A DNA stretch of 64,000 bases, from the NCBI RefSeq assembly GCF_006345805.1, contig NC_042999.1, positions 124,682,001-124,746,000 on the forward strand, given 5' to 3'. Position numbers and translations under genes: made by a program. Below are positions 1-12,960 of the stretch, piece by piece. Under the pieces are notes generated by a model. That model saw only the letters and a program-made list of their open reading frames with translations. It searched no databases and was not told the origin of the DNA. The first letter of the stretch is position 1; each line of letters opens with the position of its first letter. Origin of the DNA: Octopus sinensis. Its lineage: Eukaryota.

Positions 1-800
1 TTGAGAAGACCCAACAAGCAAAGTGAGACCATAGCCCATGGCCTATGCCAGTGGGTGTAACCAGCCCACTTATGGATATCCCTCCTTCATTGGACAATAA
101 ACTTTGCTTGTGTAGACCTGGTGAGGGAAGTGAAATCAAAATCAAAATTGCTGATGTGGCCAATGACAGTACAACCTGATTGGCACTCGTGCCAGTGGAA
201 CATTAAAAGCACATCCAAACATGGGGTGTAATCAGCCCACTTATGAGCACCCCTCATTCATTAGACAATGAACTTTGCTTGTAAAGACCTATTCAGGTAA
301 ATGTAAACAAATCAAAATCGCTGACATGGCCGATGACAGTACCTCCTGATTGGCACTTGTGCCAGTGGATTGTAAAATGCACATCCAAGCATGATCATTG
401 CCAGGCCCACAGACCGGCTCCTGTGCCAGTGACACATGTAAAGCACAATTCGAGCGTAATCATTGCCAGCATTGCCTCACTGGCACATGAAAAACAACAT
501 TCGAGCGTGTTCGTTGCCAGTGCCACCAGACTGGCTCCCCTGCAGGTGGTATGTAAAAACACCTTTTGAGCGTGGTCATTGCCAGAACTGCCTAACTGGC
601 CCTCATGCCGGTGGCACGTAAAAGCACCAACTACACTCTCAGAGTGATTGGCGTTAGGAAGGACATATAGCTGTAGAAACTTTGCCAGATCAGATTGAGC
701 CTGGTGCAGCCTCTGGCTCACCAGTCCTCAGTCAAACCATCCAACCCATGCCAGCATAGAAAATGGACGCTAAACGATGCTGCTGCTGATGATGATGATG
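1..800 (+). mobile_element. 3' end/3' UTR of an RTE-clade LINE (or RTE-tailed SINE) ending in a (GAT)n tail
   Basis: Start (ttgagaagaccca) matches the 3' UTR of the RTE fragment at 18396-19330. Ends in ccaacccatgccagcat...taaacgatg(ctgat)gatgatg, the tail shared by many copies in the window. Confidence 0.75.
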
Positions 801-805
801 ACGAT

Positions 806-809
806 ATAT

Positions 810-901
<92 letters not shown>

Positions 902-1030
902 TATATGTATATATATATATATTCATGCAATTATACATATACATATGCATATATGTATATATAATATATATATATATATACATATAGATATATATGTATA
1001 TATTCATACAATTATACATATACATATATG

Positions 1031-1104
<74 letters not shown>

Positions 1105-1176
1105 TATATACATATACATATATATATATATTCATGCAATTATATGTATGATGCGTGTGTGTGTGTGTGTGTGTGT

Positions 1177-1208
<32 letters not shown>

Positions 1209-1210
1209 AA
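806..1210. repeat. Compound (TA)n/(CATA)n/(TG)n microsatellite
   Basis: Read directly; source of the spurious YIYI/CVCV ORFs. Confidence 0.95.
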
Positions 1211-1634
1211 GGATATAAATACACATATGTTTTTAGACATACAATGACATGTTCGAAAACATTTATTTTTTAACCAAATTATGCATGGAGATAAGGGGTT
1301 TCCTTTGTTGCTTTTCTATTTCTTTTTTTTTTTTGCTTTCCTCGAAAGAGAGAGAGAAAAAAATATTATTAGATTAGTAGTAGAAAGAGGAGAAGAAAAA
1401 CAAAAGAGAGAAGGAAGAGGAGGTGAGGTGGAGAGCAAGAACAACAACAAATACAGATGCAAAACAACAACTACAACAGCAACAACAATACAGTGCAATG
1501 CAACACAAAGAAGAAAGTCAAAGTTGGCAATGTTGACAAAGACAATGAAAGCAATGACAATAGTGATAGTGAAAGTGGAATGCAAGAGGAATATTGAAAA
1601 ACAGTGAATGCAAATATATATTCAAATAATAATA

Positions 1635-1675
<41 letters not shown>

Positions 1676-2038
1676 TAAAATTTATAAAATTAGAGTAAGA
1701 AATATCCTGTGAAAATAAGCCTAAAAAAATAAAATAAAGTCACATTGATAAGGAAATAAAGAAATATGACAAATAAACATATATATTAATTAAAAGAATC
1801 ACAAAAAATCTTTCTGCAAACAAAACTAGCAAGATAATCAACATGGTATAATTTGAATTTCATATCATCCAATAGTATAACAGGATATGTGTCATTTCTG
1901 CACTCTGTAAGTGGTAAAAAAATAAAATATAGCACCTACATATATTCTTCTAGGACAGCTTGACATATGTGTCAATTTCAATAAACTACTGTTTTGGTTT
2001 GTTTTTATATATAATACATATATATATGTGTATGTATA

Positions 2039-2345
2039 TCATCATCATCATCGTTTAACGTCCGCTTTCCATGCTAGCATGGGTTGGACGATTTTGACTG
2101 AGGGCTGGCGAACCAGATGGCTGCACCAGGCTCCAATCTTGATCTGGCAGAGTTTCTACAGCTGGATGCCTTCCTAACACCAACCAATCCGAGAGTGTTG
2201 TGGGTGCTTTTTATGTGCCACCAGCACGGGGGCCAGTCAGGCAGTACTGGCAATGACCTCACACGAATCTTTTTACACATACCACTGGCACAGGTGCTAG
2301 TAAGGCAATGCTGGTAACGATCAGGCAACGCTGGTAATGATAGGC
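2039..2345 (-). mobile_element. RTE-tailed SINE/LINE 3' end copy
   Basis: catcatcatcatcgtttaacgtccgctttccatgctagcatgggttggacg is the reverse complement of the tail at 730-800. Confidence 0.8.
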
Positions 2346-2590
2346 AACACTGTATGTATGTAGGTATATGTATATATTTATATAAATCTCTGAGCAAGGT
2401 ACAAACAGTAGCTACATGACATCATGAAGTATATTTGCCACTTAAATGTGGCTAACCCTTAAGGGGGGACGCTACTGTAGCTTGTAGCCCCAGGAAGACA
2501 CCTCCTCTAGCTGGCTATTGACACACTTTCTCTGCCCTGTCAGTATTTGCAAAGACCAGACATCCTTCCCATCTCCAACCGGACATGATA

Positions 2591-2635
2591 CATGCGGACC
2601 CGAGTTTCTGGGTATTGACCCGTCATCAGCGTGTG
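2591..2635 (-). ncRNA. Type I hammerhead ribozyme, core intact, stem I partly decayed
   Basis: Minus strand: cacacg CUGAUGA c gggu caau accc a GAAA C ucgg G UC cgcaug. Confidence 0.7.
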
Positions 2636-2947
2636 ACAATCTCACCAGTTGTCGATGTGAAGTGGTTCCCAATGCAAATATATATATCCTTTTTCCAGTT
2701 ACGAAAAGTTGCTGATCTCGAAAAAGTTTAACAAGCAATGATAAATCTCTGAGTGGGGTATAAACAGTAACTGCATGACATCGTGAGGTATATTTGCCAC
2801 TTAAATGTGGCAAACCCTTAAGGGTGGATGCTACTGTAGCTCGTAACCCCAGGAACACCTCCTTCCACTGGCTATTGATACACTTTCTGTGCCCTATCAG
2901 TATTTGCAAAGCAAAGACATCCTTCCCATCTCCAACCTGACATGATA

Positions 2948-2994
2948 CACACAGACCCGAGTTTCTGGATATATTGATCCGTCATCAGTGTGTG
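2948..2994 (-). ncRNA. Type I hammerhead ribozyme
   Basis: Minus strand: cacaca CUGAUGA c ggau caauau aucc a GAAA C ucgg G UC ugugug. Perfect 6-bp stem I, 4-bp stem II, GUC triplet. Confidence 0.8.
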
Positions 2995-3429
2995 ACAATC
3001 ACTGGTTGTCAATGTGAAGTGGTTCCCAATGCAAATATATATATACTTTTTCCAGTGACAAAAAGTTGCTGATCTTGAAAAAGTGTAAACAAGCAATAAT
3101 AAATACACATATGTTTTTAGACAAACAATGACATGTTTGAAAACATTTATTTTTTTAACCAAATTATGCATGGAGATAAGGGGTTTCCTTTATTGCTTTT
3201 CTATTTCTTTTCTTTTTTTTTTACTTTCCTCAAAAGAGAAATAAACGTGTATATATATATATTATATATATATGTATATATACATATATAGATCAATAAA
3301 TGGTGGGGTTGTGTTGACCGCACGTGGAGAAATGATAAGTAAGGAAAAATTTTTTTTAAAATGCAGAATGCTCAAATGAAAGAAAATTTTAATAAAATGA
3401 GAAATTGATAAAATATATAAATATATATT

Positions 3430-3470
3430 TATTCAACCGGTTTTCGTCATTGTATGACTTGTCAAGAATA
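3430..3470 (-). ncRNA. Minimal type I hammerhead with U3-A8 core in the PLE 3' UTR
   Basis: Minus strand: uauuc UUGACAA gucau aca augac GAAAA C cg G UU gaaua. Perfect 5-bp stems I and II, palindromic AACCGGUU stem III, one extra A. Confidence 0.65.
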
Positions 3471-4098
3471 TTTATGTTTTAAAAAGTTTTTTTAAAAATT
3501 AGAAAGGGGAAAAAAAGAAAATTGCATTGTTTTTTGTAAAAGAATAATGATAAAAATGTACAAAAATTAAAAAATAAGTTCTCCGATACATTGTGAGTTC
3601 GTTGTGTATCTTGAGTTTTATGGTTGTTCACGAAAAAATTACCTTGAGGTGTTAAGATCCAAAGGGATTAAGAGCATGTGTTGTGTTGTTTAATTCAGCA
3701 TGTTTGCAGGACAGGAAGTAGTAGTAATTGTGGTTCTGGTTCTTCAGTTCCTGTGTTGTGAGTAAGGGGAGACAACTCTTTTGAGTTCTTCAATAAAACC
3801 CAAATTATAAAATTATCATTTTAGCTTCATTTGCGTTATCTTTTTTATATAATTGCTTGTTAATTTAACTTTCAGATTTTAACACTTTATTTATATTATT
3901 TTCTAATTATATAAATCTGCATAGACAATTGCATTTCAAATTGTCATATCATTTATAATAAAAATGATAGTAATAACAACAATAGTAAAAATGATATTTA
4001 AAGAATATAAGTTTTAGCTTGAAGTGATGAATGCATGGTATCTTTATATATTTGTGTTAGTCCATCCATGAAGAGTGAGGTAGAGAAAGGAAGTTTGA

Positions 4099-5525
4099 TC
4101 AACGAGGAGTTTGCATATTAAGTTGTGTTTGGAATTTTTCAATAAAGAGATTCTCCTTGTTAATTCTCTCCTGTGTGGTGATCCCGTCTTTACATTGGTA
4201 GAAGGGGAATATATAGAATTTTGGGTTTAAGTCTTTAGCACATGAGTCTAAGTGGTCACTCAGTGGAATTTGTCGGTATTCCGGGAGATTTATTTGTTCT
4301 TTATGCACCGTTACTCGTTTACGTAACGGGAGACTCGTTTGTCCAACATAATTATGTTGGCAACCAGCGAATGTGAGAACGTAGATAAGGTTCTCGGAGG
4401 AACAGGAGAAGTTAGTCTTGATTTTAAACTTCGTACCTTGTTTGAAGGTAAATTCAGAGCCTTCAAGTAGAAAGGGGCAGGTACCACAGTTTGAGCGTGC
4501 ACATTTTTTTACTGTTGGGGGTGGATGTGGTGTGTGAAGTTTGGCATTTGTCAAGAGTTTTTTTAAAGATTTGTGTTGCCTTTTGCATTTGAGGATTTTG
4601 TGTGTATTTATAATGTTTTTCATTTTGGGTCTGTTGACAGTAGACTGAGGTTTTGTATGATTGTGGTGTATGCTTCGATATTTTTGGGGTTGTGGGTGGA
4701 AATGTATGGAAGTATTTTGAGGTTGTGTGTGGTGTTAGGTTGGGTGGTTTTCAGTGTAGTGTTGTCTAGTTCTTTGGCGCGTTTTATTCCATACTCTATA
4801 AGGGTGGAGGGATATTGACGTTGTAATAGTGTTTTTTTGAGGTCTTGAAGGCGTATTTCTCGTGTTTTGGGATCCGAGACAATGGTGCATACCCTTTTAG
4901 CTAAATTGAATGGGATATTTGTCTTGGTGTGTTTTGGGTGGCATGAACTAAAGAGGAGGTATTGTTGTGAGTCTGTAGGTTTGTGGTAGATGTCTGTTAT
5001 GATTTGGTTCTTAGGTGTTTTTATAATTAGGAGATCAAGGAATGGGAGATGATGTTTGCTTAATTCCATAGTGAATTGGATGTTGGGATGTATGTTGTTT
5101 AGTATGGTTTTGAATTCCAGGAGTTTTTAAGGTTCTTTCCATATGATGAAACAATCATCTAAATACCTTTTCCAGTTTTCCATTAGGTAGGTGTGGAAAA
5201 CATGTCCAAATTTCTGGCTTGATATTTCATAGAGTGACAGTTCGAAGTAACCCATTATGAGGTTCGCAAGGACTGGTGCAGCCTTGGTACCCATCGCAAT
5301 GCCACATTTTTGACGGTAGTGTGTGTCGTCGAAGAGAAAAAAATTGTTTGTCAGAATGAACTTGAGAGATTCTGTAATAAAAGACTTGTTAATGCGGTCA
5401 GGGAATGTCTCTGGGTGTTTTTCTAGCCAGAAGTCAATTGCCTCTATACCATACTCATGTGGAATGTTGGTGTAGAGGTTGATGACATCAAAGGATACCA
5501 GGAGTGCCTCCTCGTTTACTGTTAT
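4099..5525 (-). pseudogene. PLE RT/GIY-YIG ORF, disrupted
   Basis: ORFs 5127-5525, 4620-5069 and 4099-4623 join into one protein with a single in-frame stop (5127-5129) and a single frameshift near 4620 (TDPK|MKNI). Confidence 0.9.
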
Positions 5526-5604
5526 ACATATATATATATATATACACACACATATATATATATATATGTATATATATATATGTCTATGTAGATATATATA
5601 TATA

Positions 5605-5641
<37 letters not shown>

Positions 5642-5853
5642 TGTATATTTTTTCAGATTTAGACATCACTATTATTAATATTGTTGTACTGTTGCAAATA
5701 TGGTTTTGTATTTTATTTATATAGATATTTTCTTTATTATATATACATATATGTGTGTGTGTGTGTGTGTGTGTGGTTGTGTGGGTGGGTGTTATTTTTA
5801 TCAGAAGCTGTTTACCACATACACAAAAACATACATGCATATATATTTATATA

Positions 5854-6237
5854 AAGCACAGGCATGGCTGTGTGGTAAGAAACTTGCTTTCCAACCTCAT
5901 GATTCCGGGTTCAATCTCACTGCATGACACCTCAGTCAAGTGTCTTCTACTATAGCTTTGGGTTGACCAAAGCCTTGTGAGTGGATTTGGTTAACAGAAA
6001 CTGAAATAGCCCATCGTATATATATAAATATATATATATGTATGCAAGTATATATTTAAGTGTGTGTATTTATCTCTGTGTTTGACATAAATACACACAT
6101 AAATATATACTTGACAACCATCACTTGACAACCAATGTCAGTGTCTTGGGGTCAATTTGTTCAACTAAAAACTCCTTTAAAGGTGATGCTCCAGCATGGC
6201 TACAGTCAAATGACTGAAACAAGTAAAAGAATAAAAG
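5854..6237 (+). mobile_element. tRNA-derived SINE (family A)
   Basis: tRNA-like head ggcatggctgtgtggtaagaaacttgctttccaacc...gggttcaatctc; 3' end ggtgatgctccagcatggctacagtcaaatgactgaaacaagtaaaaga. Many copies in the window. Confidence 0.8.
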
Positions 6238-6949
6238 TATATACAGATACAAATATATATATTCGTGCAATTATATGTATGATGCATGTGTGTGTGTGTG
6301 TGTAAGATATAAATACACATATGTTTTTAGACATACAATGACATACACAGACATAGTTGTATGGGCTCAGGTATAGCTGTGTGATAATGCAGTTTGTTTC
6401 TTAACCGTGTGGTGATGGGTCCAGCTACACTACACTACATAACACCTTAGGTAAGTTTCTTTCCTCCACAATAGCTTCCAGCTGATCAATACCTTGTGAG
6501 GAAATCCATCAGAAAAAAAAATTACAGGAAGCCCATCATAAGTATTTATGTATATATGTACATATGTATGTATGCAATGTTATGTATGTATGTGTGTATA
6601 TGTGCATCTGTGCATGTATTTGTACATATGTGCATGTATACATACATATCCATGAATGCTGATAGTCCACACTTGTCATCAGTTTACCAGTTGAGTGAAG
6701 AAGTGGAGATGATAGCGCTCCTTGTTGACATTATGAATAGTTGTTCCACACTTTTGAAGACTTCTCTTAGATGAAAACAAGTATAGCTTGGCAATAGGAA
6801 GTGCATCCAGCCATTAAATCATTCCTCAAATAATTCACTGTTCAATCCCATACTAGTTTGAAAAAAAGAGACATTGAATGAAAAAGAAGATACAAAAACA
6901 TATACATACATATTTTTTTATTATTATTTCTATCTAACTATATATGAAC

Positions 6950-7123
6950 ACAGGTACCTGCAAAACAAGGTGGAAAAAACAATACTTGAATTCCAAAGAT
7001 AGAGTAATATGCTTTTTATTAATGCTGCAAAATTATCACAGAACTGTTGTGCACAACTATTCAACGAACAGGAACGTGAAACTCTGAGTAACAGTCCTGT
7101 AATAATTTTGCAGCTTTAATAAA
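6950..7123 (+). repeat. Short fold-back element with a degenerate hammerhead-like motif (7056-7095)
   Basis: Inverted arms at 7015-7048 and 7090-7123. Motif: acuau UCAACGA ac aggaac gu GAAA cucugag UA acagu. Confidence 0.5.
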
Positions 7124-7143
7124 TATATATGTATATATGTATA

Positions 7144-8019
7144 CAGGGTGCAGTGAATATATTGTTGTCTAAATTAGGCAGACATGAAAATAACACTGAC
7201 ATCTCATTTTAACAGATATATTTACTAAAATTACATAAAAATTTCTTGAAATACTAAAGAGTAAATTTATTCAGTAAAATCACCATTGGCTTTAACCATG
7301 GCCTCCAGACAACTTCAGAATCTGCTGCAACTCTTCTGGATGGTCTTCTTGTTTAAGTTGGGTGAATGGTCCCATAATCCTTGCCTTCAGTTCATCTTTG
7401 GTGTTACAAGGAGTTTTGTTGGTCTCTTGCTCAACTGCACCCCACACATAATAAAGGGGCATGCAGTCTGAGGAGTTAGGTGGCCAGATGTTAGGGACAA
7501 TGTGGTCACAAAAAGTGTGACAGTCATGACTGGGTTTTCCTGCTTGTGTGGCATGATGCAGAGTCCTTTTGCCAGACATAGGGTCTTCCAGCAGCAATCC
7601 TCTTGACCCAGAACAGCACTCCCTCTTCCAGGCTCTTGATGTAGGCCTCTATGTTGAGTCTGAGGCCATGTGGGAAGATGAATGGAGGCATAACCTTGCC
7701 ATCACTACTGATCACTCCAAGCACCATTTGATATTTGATTTTTATCACTTTCAGTACATGATTTGGGGACAAGGCAAGCCAATTGTTGTTCTGTGTGTTC
7801 ACTATCTGTTTGTATTGGGACATCCAGTGCAAATGCCAAGCAGTAGAGCATGTCGTTTCCAAATTTCTGGAAGAGTGAATTACAGCATGGTGCTGTTTTA
7901 CTCACAGATGGTGCCCAACTGACCCTACTATGTTGTGTAGTCAACAAAATCAAAAACAAACAATGCACATGCATGAAATTAAAAATATGAAATGGTGACA
8001 ATTCACCCATTGCACCCTG
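7144..8019 (-). mobile_element. Internally deleted Tc1/mariner-superfamily transposon (maT/DD37D-like)
   Basis: cagggtgca termini with TA on both sides. Transposase pieces VLGVISSDGKVMPPFIF, YVWQKDSASCHTS, IWPPNSSDC..YYVWGAVEQETNK. Confidence 0.8.
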
Positions 8020-8074
8020 TATATGTACATATATATATGTGTGTGTATATATATATATATTCATTTTTTTATTC

Positions 8075-8870
<796 letters not shown>

Positions 8871-9403
8871 TCACTATCTTTATCAACGTTATTATTTTTT
8901 CCTTTTTCTTGGTATTTTCTCAGTTCTTTGTAAATAATACAAGCTGTCTTTCAAAGAACATATCAAATATTAGATATTTTGTGTGTATTCTTCTTTTTTT
9001 TTCTGACTTAGACTTCTCTGGTAACTGTTGTGGTTGTTCTTCTTGTTCTTGTTCTTAATTTTGTTGTTCTTGTTGATGCTGTTGTTGAGGTTATGGTGAT
9101 AATGGTTGTTGGATGTCGTTGTTGATGTTGTTGCTTCATTTGTTTCTCTTTTGTTCTTTTTTCATTCAAATTTTCTTGGTTTCTTTATTTTTCGTTCTTT
9201 TAGTTTTAGATTTGCATTACTTTCTTCTTTTTTTCTTCCTTTCTTTATCTCTCTTCTATTTAATCCATCCCACCCCATCCAAACCACAACCACCATCACC
9301 ACCAGCAGCAACTATATGGACTTCATTTTATTCCCAGTTTTCTAGTGGTTTCTTCACTGCTATTATTAGCATTACTTAAGTATATTTAACCAGAATAGAA
9401 TAA

Positions 9404-9404
<1 letters not shown>

Positions 9405-9434
<30 letters not shown>

Positions 9435-9620
9435 TGTATGTATGTACGTGTGTATGTATTATGTATGTATGTATGTATTTATGTATGTATTTATGTATGT
9501 ATTTATGTATGTATTTATGCATGTATGTATTTATGTATGGATATGTGTGTGTGTACGTGTGCATGTGTATGTGTGTGTGCATGCATGTGTGTGGGAAGGG
9601 GGTTGTGTGTGTGTGTGTAT
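9405..9620. repeat. (TATG)n/(TATGTATT)n/(TG)n microsatellite
   Basis: Read directly. Confidence 0.9.
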
Positions 9621-9662
9621 GAAAAATCAGACTGGAACTTGGTGTAGCTCTCTGGCTTACTA

Positions 9663-10847
9663 TTAGGTTGGCAACAAAGTTCCCACCGTTTTTTTAAATT
9701 TAAACTTTTTAAAAGGTTTAATAAAAAAAAATAACAGCTAATTAATCAATAATGTATTCACTCTTGTTGTTTACAACTTTTTCCCAATGTTCAACAAGAT
9801 TTTCAATACTTCGTTGGTAGAAATCACCCGATTTTGACTCAAAAAATTGATCCAACCAAGCTCTCAATTCTGCATCTCTCAATTCTTCTCGCATAGCATT
9901 TGAAAGAGATCGAAAGAGGTGGAAATCCATTGGTGCCAAATCAGGAGAGTATGGCGGGTGTGGCAGCACTTCCCAGCCATGCATTTGAATGGCTTCCTTG
10001 GTCATATTGGTGATATGAGGGTGGTCGTTGTCGTGCAGCAGAACTCCATGCAGACAATTAGGTCTTTTCTCTTGAATAGCCGTGCTGAGTCAGTCTATCT
10101 GTTGAACATAGAGTTCCACATTGACCATTTGGTTCCATTCAAGCAATTCATAATTGATAATGCCTTCCCACTCCCACCATACACACAACATCGTTTTACG
10201 CGGATGAAGATCTTGTTTCACGCATGGTGTCGCTTGTTTACCGGGGCTAAGTCATTCCTTACGCTGCTTCATATTTTTTATCACCAGTAACGATTTGGTA
10301 AAGAAGTCATTGCTTGTGTCCATGAGTTGAGCAGTACAAACTAGAAGAGATTGTGGCTCGTTGAATTTTGTTGCTGTCACTTAAAGCATGCAGAACCCAT
10401 GCTCCATACTTCTGAACCTTTCCCATCGAGTGAAGAAGCTTCTCTATAGCAGTGTGGAAGCATTCCATTTTCTCTGCCAGTCCCCTTGTCGATTTATGAG
10501 AATTTTCATGCAAAAGTTGCTTTAATCGCTCTTCATCGAACTCAACTGGCCAACCAGAACGAGGTGCATCTTTGAGGTCAAAATTTCCATTTTTGAACTT
10601 GGCATACCAATCACGAGCGGTTCTTCCAGTTATGGCACCCTCTCCATACACAGCACAAATGTTGTGAGCAGATTTTTGTGGCCTTAGAATCTTGATTAAA
10701 AGCAAAAAGAAAATGCTCGTTTTTCTTAACTTGACATTCCATTTTAATGATCTGAAAATAAACAAAAATTAACTAAAATTAACTAGAAAAAGAACAAAAT
10801 AGATTCCAAAATTAAAAAAAACAGTGGGAACTTAGTTGCTAACCCAA
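9663..10847 (-). mobile_element. Near full-length mariner transposon with disrupted transposase
   Basis: TIRs ttaggttggcaacaaagttcccaccg / cagtgggaacttagttgctaacccaa with TA duplications (9661-9662, 10848-10849). Motifs DWYAKFKNGNFDLKDAPRSG, GAWVLHAL (WVPHEL-like) and HPPYSPDLAPMDFHLFRSL. Confidence 0.92.
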
Positions 10848-10908
10848 TAGTTCCAGTCAAACTATCTAACCCATGCCAGCACGGAAAGCAGACATTAAAT
10901 GATGATGA

Positions 10909-10950
<42 letters not shown>

Positions 10951-12059
10951 ACAACAGTTACTTGGAAAATACTGCATGGTGAACAGAGAAAGAGAGAGAA
11001 GGATGTATGTATATATATATGTGTGTATGTATGAATGTATGTATGTACGTATGTGTATATATATATACGTGTGTGTGTATGTGTGTGTGAGTGTGTTTAA
11101 TATATATATATTTTGTTAATTTTTCAAAATTTTCCATACACTCATTTTCATTAAAATTTACCTTCAATTTAGCATTCTGCCTTCTTATAATTTTTCCTTG
11201 CCTATATATATATATTTACACAAAGGAGAGATATAGATAAATAGACAGACAAACAGACAGACAGAAAGACAAACCGATAGGTTGATAGATATGTACATAT
11301 GTGTGCATGTGTGAGTGTGTCATTGTATGTTTGTATGCATATATATATATATGCATAAATACACACACACACACACACATATGCATATATATATATAAAT
11401 GCATGTATGTACTTATGCATGTATGTCTCAAGCATGAATGTACTGGTGCATATAAGCAAATGTTTGTGTGAGAAGGTACGTATATGTTAATGTAATGATA
11501 CAATGTTTATGATTCCGCAAGTGTATATACATGCGTTAACATATGCGTACATAAGCATTGTATAAATGTGTGGCAATCACATTCGTGGTTTTATTTGTGT
11601 ACCTGTATGGCTGTGCTTGTGTACATGTTTGGTGTGCGTACATGTAATACATGTTTGCTTTCCTGAGTAGATCAATTGATTTATGATAGAAACATGTGGT
11701 GGATAAGAGAACCATCGATGAAATGGCAGCGACTGCGTGCTATCAATCTATCAGAGATTCCACATGCTATCACTTAACTAGGACTTTGCTGACCAACCAA
11801 ACTACCAAAGCACATAGTAGTTCCTGCTTAATTGATTCTTGTGATCATTGTATGCTTCGATTTTCTTTTTCTTTTTGATTTTTAGTATTTTTTTTTGTTT
11901 CTTTTCTTTTCTTTTTTTCTCTCTTTTTTTTTTTGTAATTGTCGAAAGAAAAAGGAAAGAATAATTAAAGCAGGAAAAACATGAAAGAAAAAACTGTGAT
12001 TGGTTTTAAGATCATCATTGAGTTCTGGTATGTTTTCGTTTTTTGCCCTTTTGGAGGAT

Positions 12060-12096
12060 GTACAATTGTGTGCGTGTGTGTGTGTGTGTACATACA

Positions 12097-12131
<35 letters not shown>

Positions 12132-12244
12132 TATATATATGTATATAGATACATATACACACATAGATATATACACATGTGTGTGTGTGTGTGTGTATAG
12201 ATATCAATATATATAAATACACACACACACACACATACACACAC

Positions 12245-12303
<59 letters not shown>

Positions 12304-12554
12304 GTGTACTGTATAACATTGTATACTATTATCTGTTTCAGAAATGATAGAGTTTAGTGTATATGCTGAGCCCAGGCAGTGCAATTTTAATTTGTCTAAG
12401 TGACCTATTTAATCACCATGAGTGTACACAACTCAACAAGTAGCCAGTTTTATGGCTTTATGTTTATGAGTATTAAATAAACATCAGAAGAATGAACCTC
12501 AAATAGACTACATAAAGAAAAAATATGGAATAATTACTAATTTGTGTGTGTGCC

Positions 12555-12615
<61 letters not shown>

Positions 12616-12767
12616 GTATAGATATATATATGTATGTATGTATATATATATATATATATATGATATATATATATATATATATATGTATGTATATATATAT
12701 ATATGTATGTATATATATATATATATGTATGTATATATATATATATGTATGTATATATATATGTATG

Positions 12768-12857
<90 letters not shown>

Positions 12858-12960
12858 CATACATTTGCATACAAACGTGTGTGTGTATGTATATTGTTTC
12901 ACGCACGCACATACACACATATACGCATACACATACACACACATACGCACACACTCATCT
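12060..12960. repeat. (TA)n/(CA)n/(TATG)n microsatellite blocks
   Basis: Read directly (12060-12300 and 12545-12960). Confidence 0.9.

Larger units (their letters stand above)
2382..3104 (-). mobile_element. Tandem dimer of a ~359 bp hammerhead-containing repeat (retrozyme/pLTR-like, family H1)
   Basis: ataaatctctgag at 2382 and 2741; tcatcag at 2623 and 2982 (period 359). Homologous to 62660-63034. One HHR per unit. Confidence 0.85.
3291..5525 (-). mobile_element. 5'-truncated Penelope-like retroelement (RT + C-terminal GIY-YIG; Cys-rich linker suggests Neptune-like)
   Basis: RT motifs [54 protein letters not shown]. Linker KKCARSNCGTC. Endonuclease NLIYVLTFAGCQHNYVGQT..LRKR...H. Both ends abut (TA)n. 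Confidence 0.93.

Noticed and set aside
395-640. CRISPR-like array (constant ends, variable middles)
   Set aside because: The units are degenerate and mutually homologous throughout, lie in a eukaryotic retroelement 3' UTR, and have no cas genes nearby.
5854-5940. tRNA genes
   Set aside because: The tRNA-like heads continue into SINE bodies and lack a full cloverleaf, so they are called SINEs.
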